This document shows, one piece after another, positions 1-12,379 of a stretch of 64,000 nt of DNA (the first letter of the stretch is position 1; the number at the start of each line of letters is the position of its first letter). The notes beneath the pieces are model-generated. The model was not told where the DNA came from and did not search any database. It was given only the letters and a program-made list of their open reading frames with translations. The stretch comes from Takakia lepidozioides (taxonomy: Eukaryota > Plantae > Bryophyta): contig CM060732.1 in NCBI GenBank assembly GCA_030704615.1, positions 61,256,001-61,320,000 of the forward strand. The letters run 5' to 3'. Both the position numbers and the translations under genes were made by a program.

Positions 1-1059
1 TATGTAATTGCATGCAAAGCAACTGAAAAAATCAGTTGGACCTGCAATTTAGTGGGGTCATAGCCACTCCACTATTGATTTGGAAATGGTGGGTCTTGGG
101 GCAAGCAAAATTGGAGAAAGCTAGGTTTTGATTTGGTCAAACCTATTTCTTTCTCACTTCTTTTTCGGGACCTGATATTTGAGGTCCGGGCCAACGTTAT
201 AATCTCACAATTTTCAGGGTGGACTTGGCTCATTTTTTGGTATGTCATGCATAAATGAGCTGGGCCCATCGCTATAAGGTTGAAATCTCTGGATGATTTT
301 TGGTAGGTTTCTAGGGGCGATTTACTGCAGCTGGGTACCCAAAATTGGTAAAATGTCAAAAAAGGGCTTGGGAACTTAAGGGCTAAATCCTAATAATGAA
401 TTTTATTTTAAGAGACATTCCTTCAAAATATAGCTCGAGAAGTACATATGCTTGCTATGGTGTATTGAAAAAGAGGGAGCGTGGGATCACGGTATGGAAG
501 CTGGGACTGCAGAGCTTTGTCTCTAGCATGAAAATAGAGGATCTCTATTTATAGAACAGTTAGCCCAATGGTTGGGAGTTTGTACTTGACTCTGTATAAT
601 ATAGTACATAACACCAGCATGTAGCCAGTGGTAATGGGCACATACCACGTTGGATGTGGTTGTGGGTTCAAACCACGGTCTGGTGTGTCATGAAGGTGTC
701 CACCTTTCAGCTGGAAGGCAGTAGCCCTTGTGGTGAAGTGACACCATAAGTTACGCTCCCTTGGGGAGGCGTCATACATTTTTTATTTTTTTTAGTACAT
801 AACGCCTTCCAAATGAAGCCTAAATTATGGTGTCTCTTCACCCTAAGGATTACGGGCCCTCCGACACAAAGCTGGACATTTTTGTGACACTAATGGGTGG
901 ATTTAACCACTATTGGACCGGTATATAGGTCCAACCCGGGTATCAATACTGATATCAACCCGGGTAGGTAAGACGACACCGGCTGGTAGTTAGGGTGGCC
1001 AATACCCGGGCAATACCATACTAGGGGCAATATATACTTTGCTCCGCGGTTATTAGTTT

Positions 1060-1533
1060 TTTTTAATATCCGCTGGGTCCGGATACTTGACAAATCAGAG
1101 AATGATATATCATGCGGATCCGGATATTAGAATATCCGCCGGTTATGCAAACTAGAAGCTTTTTGAAATCTGCTATAAGTCCGGATATTCAGATTATAAT
1201 ATCCGCCGGTTATAGAGTAATCCGGATATATGAATCATAAGAATAACATCTTTTAACATTTTCATTTAATAAATTTAAATCATTACAATTCTAGTAAAAT
1301 ATTAATATTTTATATTTTATTGATATTTTTATTGATTTTTATTATACTATTAATGGTCCTATTTTGGTACTATTAATCTTTTTTATATCCGGCGGGTAGG
1401 ATCCTATTCGGATCCTCTATTTTATGTATCCGCCGGATATCAAATAGGTGCGGGATCCAGATCTAGATACATTGGTATCCGGATTGATATCCAGATTTTG
1501 ATATCCGGATCACTCTATATCCGCCCAACATTG
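1060..1533. repeat. ATCCGG/CCGGAT-rich segment, probably a truncated second MITE nested in the hAT
   Basis: Dense tatccg(c)cgg/ccggat motifs flank an AT-rich core. The right end tatccgcccaacattg resembles a hAT-like terminus; no matching left end was found. Confidence 0.45.
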
Positions 1534-2610
1534 GTATAAACCAGTGTTGGACCGGTATCATCAACATTTCATACCAGCCAGGGTATGGTATTGTCAGTGA
1601 AGATGCCTCCTTCATACTTGGCAGGTAATTGTATCAAGGTAGGTATTAAGCTTTTAATGTACCAGTCTGGATGTATATTGTGTTTGTTTGGCCTAGTATG
1701 GTATGGTATCAGTATTTCAAATTTCAAATCTTATACTGGGGATATATCAATACTGGTATCAATACAGTTTTTTTTTTTTAAACTGAAAAATAAAAATCTG
1801 TCCAAATTATACCGCTGAGGTGAGCACTTCAGCGGCTAGTGCCGCAATTCATAATAACAAAGAGCTAGATCTCACCTTAGGTAATTTGAGGTCAGCCATA
1901 TTACAGGCTGATAAATGAGACAATGCTCCAAGCCTAAGCAGATTTTTGAATGGCAAAATCAAGGCCCCCAAAATCGCCATTCAGATCGTCTCAATCAAAG
2001 AGCCGCAACTCTCCATTGCTGCACCTTAAATCCCTAAACTCTCCACATATTGATATCTAGCGTGCAAGCGGCGGCAGAAGACATAGTACTGGTATCAACA
2101 AAGTTGCGTTCCTTGCAATACCAGCGTTATACTATATTGCCCCCAAAATGTTCTGCCCGGGGTATTGCCAGTCCGCCTGGCACCCTGCTGCGATACTCTT
2201 AATATCCGTGCTGATACCCCGCCTCACCCCCATATACCGGTCCAACACTGGAATATACCATACCACTCTGGTATAGCAATGGACAAGATTCGTATTGATA
2301 CCAGTATTGCTGCTACATATGTGAGCCTCCAAAGGCATAGTAGGTGTATGTGTAGAGTTAGGGCAAGGGAATTCAAGGGCATTTATGGCATCTGCTTTAT
2401 ACTCAATGTGCAATGTGTAAAAATACAGGTATAGTATGATATATTTTTGAAATGTGCAATGTGTATGAGCGATGTATTTTGTATTTTATATTTTGTAATT
2501 GTGATCCATTCCGAAGGTCAATTCTTTTTCTCAGGTTATTGAATATTTTCTTGACTAGGTATACTATATATTTATACATACCCGGGCAATATTCATATTC
2601 CCCCCATATC

Positions 2611-3937
2611 TGCTCCCAAACGCCCGAAAAATCAAATCAGCTAGAGGCGAGCCGATGCTTAAGCGGATGTCCGAATAGAAGTGGCGGCGTGCATTGTAGC
2701 CCAAGTGGTAAATGGCATAGGGCCCACTTGGCTGCCACGTGCTGCAATGTGGGCACATAATTATGGGAAACTTCTAAAGTCCAGAACCTTCTACAGGGTC
2801 CGCTGAAACGCATCTTCCTAGCCACTTACCATTCTAGCGCGGGCTACAGACGGCAGGGTATAGGAGGAGTATTGTACCAGACCAGGCAGGGAGTGTAGCT
2901 GACGGTATGCGGATAGGCAGTGTAGGCGAAGATGGAAGTAATCAAAGAAGAAGCAGAACCTTGCAAAAAAAGAGGAAGGGGCCGCCCGAAAAAAAATTCC
3001 GACGACAAAGAAAGGTGCATCAAAACTATTTGAGGTCTCCTATACTGTAGGCGTATGAGGATCCGCGTGCAACTTGATCTCTTTCAATTGTTAAAAAAGT
3101 TTGTTGCCGGCTTTTTTGCGGTGGAACGCGGCGGTACCATGTCCCACTTGCATTTTCAAATGGTCATTAGGATTGTAACTACGAGCATCATCCAAGTGAA
3201 CAAACTTATAAAAGCTTACCTAGGATGGGATCTTTGCCCACCGCCGGGGCACACTGTCATGTGCAAAAAATTACGGCAGGTCCGCCTGCATACGTGGAAA
3301 TGTATGTTGGGCTACTGTCTAAAGGATCTTGGTCAGCCACATTTCAAATTCTTCGGTCACAACATTACAGCCCAAGACATGGAAGAGGGCAAAGAAATGT
3401 ACGCATTATTCGGTAGCGCGGAGCTAAAAAATCGGGTATGTATAACACCCTCTAATATTTTTGAGAGGGCTTTCATCTATCACCTTCACCAGCGTTCCGG
3501 AAAGCAGCTAACAGGTACATTCTTAGGCTGCTTGTTGGCAATGTTGAAATCAAATAAATTCTACGTATCGGGTATGTTTCTGCGGAATGGGATGAACTTG
3601 CGCAGGTGCGAAGCTCTATGGCACACGATACTAATGCCGATGGAAACCGAGATTGACGGTGTGAAGGAGATTTTCTTCCACGACGATTACAAACGAGGTC
3701 CACGATATTTTGACGACCAGCCCTCTACAGGAGAGCCGCTGGATCTGAACGTGGCATACACTGACCGCTTCAAAGAGTCGGTTGAGAATTAGGATGTGTA
3801 CATTCCAAGGCACTATGGACTTATAAATCCAGATGTCTATATTGATTGACGTTTATCTCTGAATTTTATACGCAAAATTAACTTGCTACTGGATTTGATT
3901 TCATTCTAAACTTTGCTCCGCAACCCATCCGACAATT
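2611..3937 (+). mobile_element. Replitron (HUH-endonuclease transposon), defective copy
   Basis: The HUH transposase ORF is flanked by imperfect direct repeats tgctcccaaacgcccgaaaaat (2611) and tgctccgcaacccatccgacaatt (3914). No TIR or TSD was seen. Boundaries are approximate. Confidence 0.65.
2932..3792 (+). pseudogene. Replitron HUH (Rep-like, single Tyr) transposase with N-terminal AT-hook; 5' part disrupted
   Basis: ORF 3055-3792 has ERGG..HLHFQ (HUH motif) and GYCLKD (YxxK). Upstream, ATG 2932 gives MEVIKEEAEPCKKRGRGRPKK. After a slip in the A-run comes FEVSYTVG (motif I-like), then a stop. Confidence 0.85.
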
Positions 3938-5224
3938 TTTTCAAGATCAACAAGAGAATACCCAAATAAAGACCTCGAAGATGGAAAAAACAAATTATTG
4001 ATACCCTATTGATATATATCCACAATTTTATGTTATTGATACCCCTCCTATACCCTACCCGGCCCCCTTACCCCAATACCAGGACCATACCAATATTGGG
4101 AAATGTGGGCCTTCGTGATACCATGACCAGTCTAGTATCATATTTTATGATACCAGTCCAACAGTGGATTTAACCCACAATCACTTCCAAGGTGGTATGT
4201 GCCCATTACGAGTGGGCTAGGGCTCAAAATGTCCACATTCCAATGGAAGGCAGTAGTCCCTCGGAACGAAGAGACACCATATTTTAGGCTTTATTGGGTA
4301 GGCGTCACCAATTGTCTTGGATGCCATTTGGCCCAAGGCGGGGACCACACCTTTGCACCACATAAAGGCCCCACAACAACATGTAGGGGGCATAGGATCT
4401 CCAGATTTGTTGGCCCTGCTCGACAGGGTAGGGACTACGCACCGAGTGTGCCAAAGTGCCCTTAACCTTACATGGTGGGTTGTTCCCATGAGACTTAATG
4501 GGAACATGAAAGTTTTTAGTTCAAGTTGGGCACATGTTACACTCATTTTCCATTTTTTTGTTGGCCTTGAGCAGTGACTGCATTAGCCTAGTATGCATGC
4601 ATATGCAGCATGAAGTACCTTATACCTCGAGTGGGTCCAACTGGGCACATGCTCCTTATGTTTTTAATGTGTTCTATTCATGGCTGATTGTCTATGTATA
4701 TTCATCTATTCATAGATCAAATGATATTATGTGTTTATATCCCAATTGATCATAGGTTCCTCATGTTCTTTATGTATTCTACTCAAGCCCACAATGCCAT
4801 TTTCTTTTTCCCCTCATTGCCAAAAAGGCGGGTGATAAGAGGATATAATATAATATGAAGATATATATGTAAATATGTTGTAGTAAATAATCCACATAGT
4901 TTAATATTTTTTATTTTAATGATTTTTCTTTTTTCTTGTAAAAATAGAGACCATTGTTGTAATGGTATTGGTATATAGGTGAAAGACTGATATGTGCGTG
5001 GTATATGCATTGTTATTAAATACCAAATTAGTCAACAACAATGTTTGTGTATGTCACGCATTGTTAACCATTACATCATTCCATTAAACTTCATATCAGT
5101 AAAACAATGGCAGGGGCTCCTCACGCCTTGTTTTGATGTTATTTGGCCTTGGAATATTGGATGTTACCCATTTTGGCCAACCTAGATATAAAAGGAGGTT
5201 AACTAGTGCAACTGATGAAACCTT

Positions 5225-6483
5225 GTAAGACTTTATTTATAACATGTACAATGGGTGAACGTGCATAGGATGAGAAGTTCCCAAAAAGGGGGGGGGGGGG
5301 GGGGGGGGGAACAAGAAACAAGAGAAGAAAACAAAAAGCTATAGTAAGCTACTCAACCAACAACGAAAACAGAAGCTATAGTAACCTACTCAAGCAGAGC
5401 GACCCTCCCAGGCAACAGCCTGGAGGAGATCAAGCAAGGAGATAGGCAAAGTGTCAGGCATAGGCGGAAGATGAGATGACGCGGAGCTAGCCACATTAGC
5501 CCGATGCAAAATAGATATGGCTTGTGCTCTCTGCAAAGCAACTGAAACACGCTGTCGATAGTAGGCGACAAGAACGGAGGCATGTGGGATGTTAGTGGAC
5601 CCGCTCTTGGCTGCATGATGTGCACATGTCCGCAGGAAATCGTCGAAGTGCTGGTGCAATGACAAATATCTCGACCGCCAGCGGAAGAAATCTGTCGGTG
5701 GGGTAACGATCACTGTAGTCGCGCTCCTTGGCCTGAGCTGCTACAGTGGCTGCCGTGTCGGGTGTGGTAGTTGCGCGAGATAGCAGATCCGCTCGAGTGG
5801 GGTTGGCAAGAACGACATCCGCTAGGGTACGCAAACCATCTCTAGATATGACGATGTCAACACGGCGGCGTGTAGAGTGGGACGTGAGCATGGGTCGTAG
5901 ATGTGGTTGCTCACGCAGTACATGAAACCCTGCCTCCCGAGCAATAGATGTCACCGCATTGCGAACCATATCATGAGACGCAGTGCGCTCACCCCCACAT
6001 GGACAACGGAGGAGATGGATGGCAAGGTCATCGATAGGCTGAAGATAAACGCAGCGCTGAAGGTCCAATGCCGAAGGATGAGGCAAACCGAGTTAAAGGT
6101 GGATCGCAGTAGTGAAAATAGGGGATGAGAAGTGAAAATGTGCGATAGTGGGTCGTGCTGCCAACCATGCCCCGGCTCCGGGTCCTGCGCATGATAGAAG
6201 TCGGGCTCGATGCAACTCAGAAGAAGCACTTGAGAGTATGCCGGAAAAAGAATGATGGTGCACGCGCTCGGAAATGGACTCCTGAAGATTGTCGAGGCCT
6301 TGAGCAACCAACTACTGAAATGGTGGTAGACATGCTCGCGCGGTGCCGGAAAAAGATCTCATGCAGAACTGAGATGTTGCTGGAAGGGTAAAATGTCACT
6401 GTCGACATATGCAACGGCGTCCATAAAGGATGGGACGATGGTCACAGAAAAATCGTGAAGCGAGGGCTGGCGCCACCAACGCC
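5225..6483 (-). mobile_element. CRE-clade/RLE non-LTR retrotransposon, 3' part (restriction-like endonuclease and 3' UTR)
   Basis: Motifs read HLLRCPCGGERTASHD, RRRVDIVI..TLADV, AKERDY, FLPLAVE and VSVALQRAQA in shifted frames. The 3' UTR has a poly-C tract (minus strand) and AATAAA near 5235. Confidence 0.8.
5288..5309 (+). repeat. G22 homopolymer in the CRE 3' UTR
   Basis: Directly visible run of 22 G. Confidence 0.95.
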
Positions 6484-7479
6484 CACTACAGGAAAAGAGG
6501 GGAGGAACCCACAGTTGCAACGCCCGGGCCTCGCAAGCCTGTCGCAAGGGCGTTGCCAAAAAAACGTCGTAAATTTGCGACCAATGGGGGTCGTAAATAG
6601 GCGGAACCGCGATTTGCGATGCCGACGCGATTAGTGACGTCCAGGCGTCGGAGGAAATTTAAAAAAAAAAAAAAAAAAAACCTACTTTGCAATGCAGAAT
6701 TAGCACCGTCCGGGGGTCGCAAAGTGCGACGCCCGGACGTCACAATTTAAGGGGGTAAATTTGAATTTGAAATTTGAATTTCAAAAATTTGTTGACCATT
6801 GACTACGGCGTTGACCATTGACTCCGGTTCTGTCTAATGGCAATATCTTCATTGTTCTACATATATCATGCAATGCATACTTGAACCTAAGACCTCCACA
6901 TTTTACCATTTCTAAGACACTACAAACTAACCAACACACCTACACTACATCTATGTATCACAAAAGCAATCTAAATATATATATACACATATAACCCTAT
7001 TTTAACTAATTCTGGACTTTTGGCTTAAATCCGGACCAAACTTAATATGTATTTGAATTAAAAATAATTCAAAATTTGTTAATAATATCTTGGATAGTAA
7101 TGTGTGATTGAACTTTGTGAAATTACAAGTGATGTCATACTTGCTTCAAAATGTAACATATAAGATGTCCATTTGACATTGAAGTGCTTGTGAAGTTGCA
7201 GTGTAACTCAACAATTCATTGAACGTCGACTGAGAAGTCGAATGATGTAATATTACATTATGTTACAATCACGATAAACAAATGGGTCGAATCGAACATG
7301 GGATAGACTCATAGTACTCTACCATACTTGATATAAGTTGATAGTAATTTTGATTGAATCTTTATGTTGACAAGCACAATATTCATAGACAATGTCATTG
7401 GAATGATGTTTTGGGTGAGAGAAGGGTAGTAAAATATTAAAATAGCTTGAACATTAGGAAGATGACCTACTAGGGCAGT

Positions 7480-8270
7480 AAAATAAGGTTTGGGGTGTAA
7501 CTAGATATATTAAGTGCAATAAGGTCCAAGTTTGTGATGACTCGGAGAAGGGTTTAGGGTTTTAAAGGGTTTAGGATAGAAAGAGAGAAACAAATATGGA
7601 CGACTCTAAACCTCTGTAGAATGTAAAAATGTAAGGGGAATTTGATATCCATGTAATCATTCTATCATACGTTATCCAACTTGAAAATTAAATAAAACAT
7701 TAAGAGAATGATACAAATTTTACAAGAGGTAACATGGTAGTACAATAAGGTTTGGAGTTTATTATAAGTAAGGTACTACACTAAGGTTTTTGGTATATGG
7801 TAAAAGTAATGGTTTAGGGTGCTAAGGGTCACGCTTAAGCTTGGGGTAAGGATTATTAAGGGAAGGGTAAAGGGAAGGGGAAGGGTTTAGGGTTTGGATT
7901 TAGGGTAGAAAGTGACAAACAAATATGGAAGACTCACACATGGTATTACAATAACTTGGTTTGGAGTGTAAGTAGGGTAGTACACTAACCTGGTTTTTGG
8001 TATATGGTAAGAGTAATGGTTTAAGGTAGTAAGTGTCAGGCTTAATCTTAGGGTAAGGAATAAGGCCAGGGTAAGGGTTTAGGGTTTGGATTTATGGGAG
8101 TACACAAAGGTTTTTGATATATGGTAAGAGTAATAGTTTAGGGTATTAAGTGTCCGGCTTAAGCCTATGGAAAGGTTAAGGGAAGGGTAAAACGAAGGAT
8201 AAGGATTTAGAGATGATGGTAAAGGTATAAATGGACAAACAAATATAGAAGACTCACACTCACTAGAACG
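7480..8270 (+). repeat. Degenerate tandem repeats rich in telomere-like TTTAGGG/GGGTAA motifs
   Basis: Recurrent units contain ggtttttggtatatggtaa, ggtttagggt and acaaacaaatatggaagactc. Confidence 0.75.
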
Positions 8271-8630
8271 AGACATTGCAAAAAAACATTTAGACCGGAT
8301 TGGAAAAAAAAGAATCCAGGGGTTGTGCCAGCATTTTATTTTTTTTGGATGCATTGTCTGTTTTGTAAGCCAGAATCCCCCATGTCACGAATATATGTAG
8401 ATGAATAGAATGTACAGCAGTGCAGAGTCCAACACGGCAGAAAGAAAATAGATGAACGTCCACTGCCCACTCGAGGTTCATTGCGACAAAAAAAAAAGAC
8501 AGGAAGGATCACCCAACGCAAACACGAAGGGAAAGAAGCGTAAATAAATTTTTATATCTTAAAATGAAAGACCGGAAATAACCTCAACATTTAGTCCATG
8601 GATGGAAAATGGTTCGCAAGAAGGAAACCT

Positions 8631-11518
8631 TCAGGTATCTGGCTGAAGGTTAGCAACCTCCAAATTCACGCGCGCCTTCACTACTTCCACCGCTGTAATT
8701 CTCTTGGTGCTATTTCTTGTCGTATTTTTTCGTGGCGGCATTGTCCACACGACATTGTTCACGTGGATCTATTGAGCAGGATCTGACGAGTTGTACTCCC
8801 AAACTTTTGACCAACAGTCCCTGTACCTCTCAAAGTCTGAGGGGTTACCTCCTTTCTTCGATCTCCACCACTCCACCTTCACTTTCTTAAAATTAGGATC
8901 TTCCCTTTCTCAGATGACATCTGAAATTGCCATTCCCATCCAGACCGGGCACGTCGTTGGGTTATGAGGGCGAACGAGCACAAAAAACCCTTTCTCAATA
9001 TCCTTGAACGGATTCAAGGGTATCCTTGGACGCTCACACCTAGGGCCACAATAAGGTTCTGGAACTTCATCCTCATCTTCCATATCTTCCAGTATCTGTG
9101 GCTGGATGCTATCCCTCTGATGGTTTGAGGACCAATTTGTTTTCGGCCAAAATCCCTCAAGAAGCTGAATACGATCCGGAATGTCCTGCATTGGCTTATC
9201 AAGTTCGGCGAGAATATTTCCCCAGTATTGGTCATATTGTTCCATCACACCCCGATAATGATCGTCAAGCAACATTCCTTTGATCCAAAAATCTCTGTAT
9301 TTCTTACTACAATTTTTTATGAATGACTGTTTTTCTGAGGAGTCGTCCCCGACTCCCCATATTGGTCTTCTTGGAACGGCATTTGGGTCTCCTTTAGGGA
9401 GATATGGAGTCCCATCAGGATTGGGAGATACAGGCCTTCTCCGAAACTCGTCTCGGGGGCTTTTTCAAATCCAACAACCTCCACTGTGCAGTGGAGGTTA
9501 TCCCGTGTCTGTACATTGATCTTGTAAGTTCATTTCTGCAGGTTCATGGCGATGCTGCTGATGCCAACTTCTTGTCGGGACCTCTATTGGAATCCTCCAT
9601 ATCATAAATTCGTCTACAGAGGGACAACATTCACACTACTGTTGAGATTTCTGTCATCGACGGTGAAGCATTATCCAGGCACTTGGCTTCCCTTCAATTG
9701 CAGGACCCTCTTCTTCAGTCCATTCTTGAAAAGGATGTTCTGTCGTAGGATTGTTTAGGATTGAATGTCGAAGATGGAAGCCAACTTGACAAATGTGCAG
9801 GGGATTTCGTGGACCTCACTCTATAATCCTCACCCTCCGTGTTAAGTGTCAATGGTGTGAAATCTACCTCGAGAATGTCATCCGTTGAGGACGCGGCTGA
9901 GACTGCGGCTCCACAGCACAATGTTGCCTCTCTTCCCTCCTTCTCTCCCCAGCACGAAGGTTGTACAGCCCAAATCAGAAGGAGTCAGGTAAAATTACTT
10001 ATATCTGAATTCTAACTCGTCCTTTTGTTTTCCTTAGTACTGGGTCTGATGTTCTTGTTTTACTCCAGGCCAGAAAATCTGCAGATTGTGACCTTCCTGT
10101 CAAACGACATCTTCATTGGAAATCTGTTCCAAGGTAATCCCTTCGTTACTTGTGAATTCCATTCAGGATGTGGAGTGCTCAAGGGACAATTTCTATTCCA
10201 TTCCCCTTCTCCGAAACCCTTTCAACGAGGACAAAGACAAAACTTCAATTGCAACTTCTCGGCTTCCCGACCCTGCAGTGTTGGCGCAATGTTCTGCACC
10301 GAGGAAGCGGAATAGGGCCCCCAAACCATTTCCATCTCTTCTACAAATCGGTTCCACCTGAGAGAAGTCCTTCGTTAGAGACAAAGCAGACTCGAGGAAG
10401 AAAAAGAATGTCTCGGACATACCGGGGTCTCGTCAAAACACGTCCATTGGTGTGCCCGACCATGAGAAAACCAAGCTGGATCTCTTCAAAGACATCTTTG
10501 GCAGTGAGGAGGGATGGGAAAGCAAGCATCCATCTGTTCTTATTGTGCTTGGAGGAGTTGTCCATCTGCAAATAAAGTCGTCTAGGAAGTGGTCGAGCAC
10601 CACGTTTATCGTGCGGCCTGTAGGGTTTCAGAGCCTCCAAACATCTCGATTTACCTCTCATGAGCGTTTCAAAAAAATCATTTTGAACTTCAGTGTCGAA
10701 AATGTTCCTGGATTCCCGGCATGTCGGCTTTTCCAGTTGGCGCAGGCACCGAGCCAGCGACCCAATTGTGAAGTTTGAATTGCCTTTCTAGAACTCAAGG
10801 GAAAATTGAGCGTAAGCTCCATCTCTGTGTCCGTGCGTAACCATTCATGTCAATGAGACAGACAACTGACCCAATCCGGAGACCATCTTGTTCGTCGTCT
10901 GTAGCCTCGGAATAGCCGTTTTCCTATGATCCATCTTATCATGAATAATACATAGGAACTCCTCCGGAACCATAATGGACTCATTCCTCCAGCTATGGTA
11001 CAGTCTTCTGCATGACTCTTGATGCCTTAAGTGCAAATCAAGCGCCCGCTTATGTGCGACCTGTTCGGAACTCCTCTTAATCGACTTCTCCTTGAACATC
11101 TCGCATTTTGTGCACTTAGCAAAGGTGCTTCCTGTTTTCCAAACCTCCACGTTAGGAAATATTCGATTCCGTATACGGCTTATAGCTGGCTGCGAGACTC
11201 CTTTCAAACCGAGCAGTCTGTTTGTCTGCACCCCAACTCCCCAACAATGTCAACGTCCACTGGGCAGTGGAGGTTCTACAAAGTGGAAGAACAAGAAAAC
11301 ATGATTAACTCCATCTTTTCTCAACAGGCGGGGATGTAGCACGATACCTTCATCAATTTCCCTCCGTACAAGGTACTTTCCTGAACCTCCACTTGGCAGT
11401 CGACGTTCCTCTTCTTAGCAATATTCACCCTCATCTTGAAACATTCCAAGCCCACAACATTGTGCAGTATTTTGCCATTTTCTGCACAATCGTGTTGATC
11501 TTCCATACACTCAATCAT
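8631..11518 (-). pseudogene. Degraded transposase (DUF7869/Sola-like DDD family, tentative)
   Basis: Motifs: FAKCTKC, CIIHDKMD, LYLQMDNSSKHNKN, FLMVGHT (broken at ~10453). A probable C-terminal part at 8631-9430 reads EGFWPKTNW, VLVRP..PVWMG, VEWW. Stops and frameshifts are present, and ~1 kb of unrelated sequence intervenes. Confidence 0.7.
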
Positions 11519-11616
11519 TCTGGGTCGTGGGTATTTTTCATGGCAAAAACACTAATGTCAGTGTGTGATTAACGTGCTCAGGATAACTTTGTCTCTCATC
11601 CTTTACATGCAACAGC

Positions 11617-12379
11617 GGGGAAGAGGAAACGGATGTTGTTAATTTTGAGTGTCAACGGACTCCTCTGCTACCGGCCACCCCCAACCGGCGGTGAAGTGTT
11701 TAAGGAGAAATTTCGTTTCAGGAATGTGACACTTCAAGTTCCTGACAGACCGTTTGTGGTGCCTCGGCCTGGAGTCTTGGAGTTTCTGGACCTTGCATTG
11801 AAGCATTTTCACGTGGCCATTTGGTCATGTGCTGATAGAGGTGTTCTTTGTAGGATGTTGGAGAGCTTCGTCCCCACGAAAATAACGAAAAAGTTTTGCT
11901 TCATATGGTTTGCTGAGGATTGTAAGGATACCACCGGTTATATCAGGCCCGGGATGAAATATCTCATGAAGGATATTCGAAGTGTTATTGTCAGGTACCC
12001 TGGTAGACCGTTTGTTACGCATGGGCAAATACTTATTGTAGATGATGAGCCATCAAAAGGCCTGCGAAACCCACAAAATATTGGATTCTTCCATTTCTCA
12101 TTCAAGCCTTCACCAAACGGATTGCATGACCGGGATGATATGACAAAAGCAGTGTGGCCATATATATCGGAGATGGCTGGAGCTTCAACAGTCGTTGATT
12201 ACATTACATTAGCGAGAACCGGGCAAAGTGTTCTCATAAGCCTATTGGTCGAGACCATGCCTGCTGGGCCTGGTATGGAAGATATCTTGATCCTCGTATT
12301 TGGATCCCACAACAAAAGGAACCTGATTACCTTGGTAGGCACGTGGATCCCACTCTTCTCTTGTTTGTTCATAATTTGA
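11617..12379 (+). CDS. FCP1/NIF-family HAD phosphatase-like domain (catalytic Asp apparently replaced)
   Basis: KRKRMLLILSVNGLL (cf. LxLDxNGLL), RPGVLEFL, FHVAIWSCA, FIWFAEDC, KDI, LIVDDEPSK..RNP. A splice acceptor caacag precedes it, so the ORF end is probably intron read-through. Confidence 0.75.

Larger units (their letters stand above)
908..4166. mobile_element. Non-autonomous hAT-type DNA transposon
   Basis: TIRs are CACTATTGGACCGGTAT (908) and ATACCAGTCCAACAGTG (ends 4166). The exact 8-bp TSD GATTTAAC sits at 900-907 and 4167-4174. Many ggtat/atacc subterminal motifs are present. Confidence 0.85.
623..4212. mobile_element. ~330-bp fold-back MITE-like element interrupted by the hAT insertion
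   Basis: With 908-4174 removed, 623-778 (gtaatgggcacataccac...ggcgtcatac) is an imperfect reverse complement of 795-907+4175-4212 (...ggtatgtgcccattac). A third partial arm copy lies at ~4225-4310. Confidence 0.7.

Noticed and set aside
3055-3792. Endogenous geminivirus/CRESS virus or Helitron
   Set aside because: There is no Walker A/SF3 or PIF1 helicase and no capsid ORF. The size and motifs fit a helicase-less Replitron.
7480-8270. True telomere or interstitial telomeric array
   Set aside because: There is no run of perfect TTTAGGG units; the motifs are embedded in longer degenerate repeats inside a transposon.
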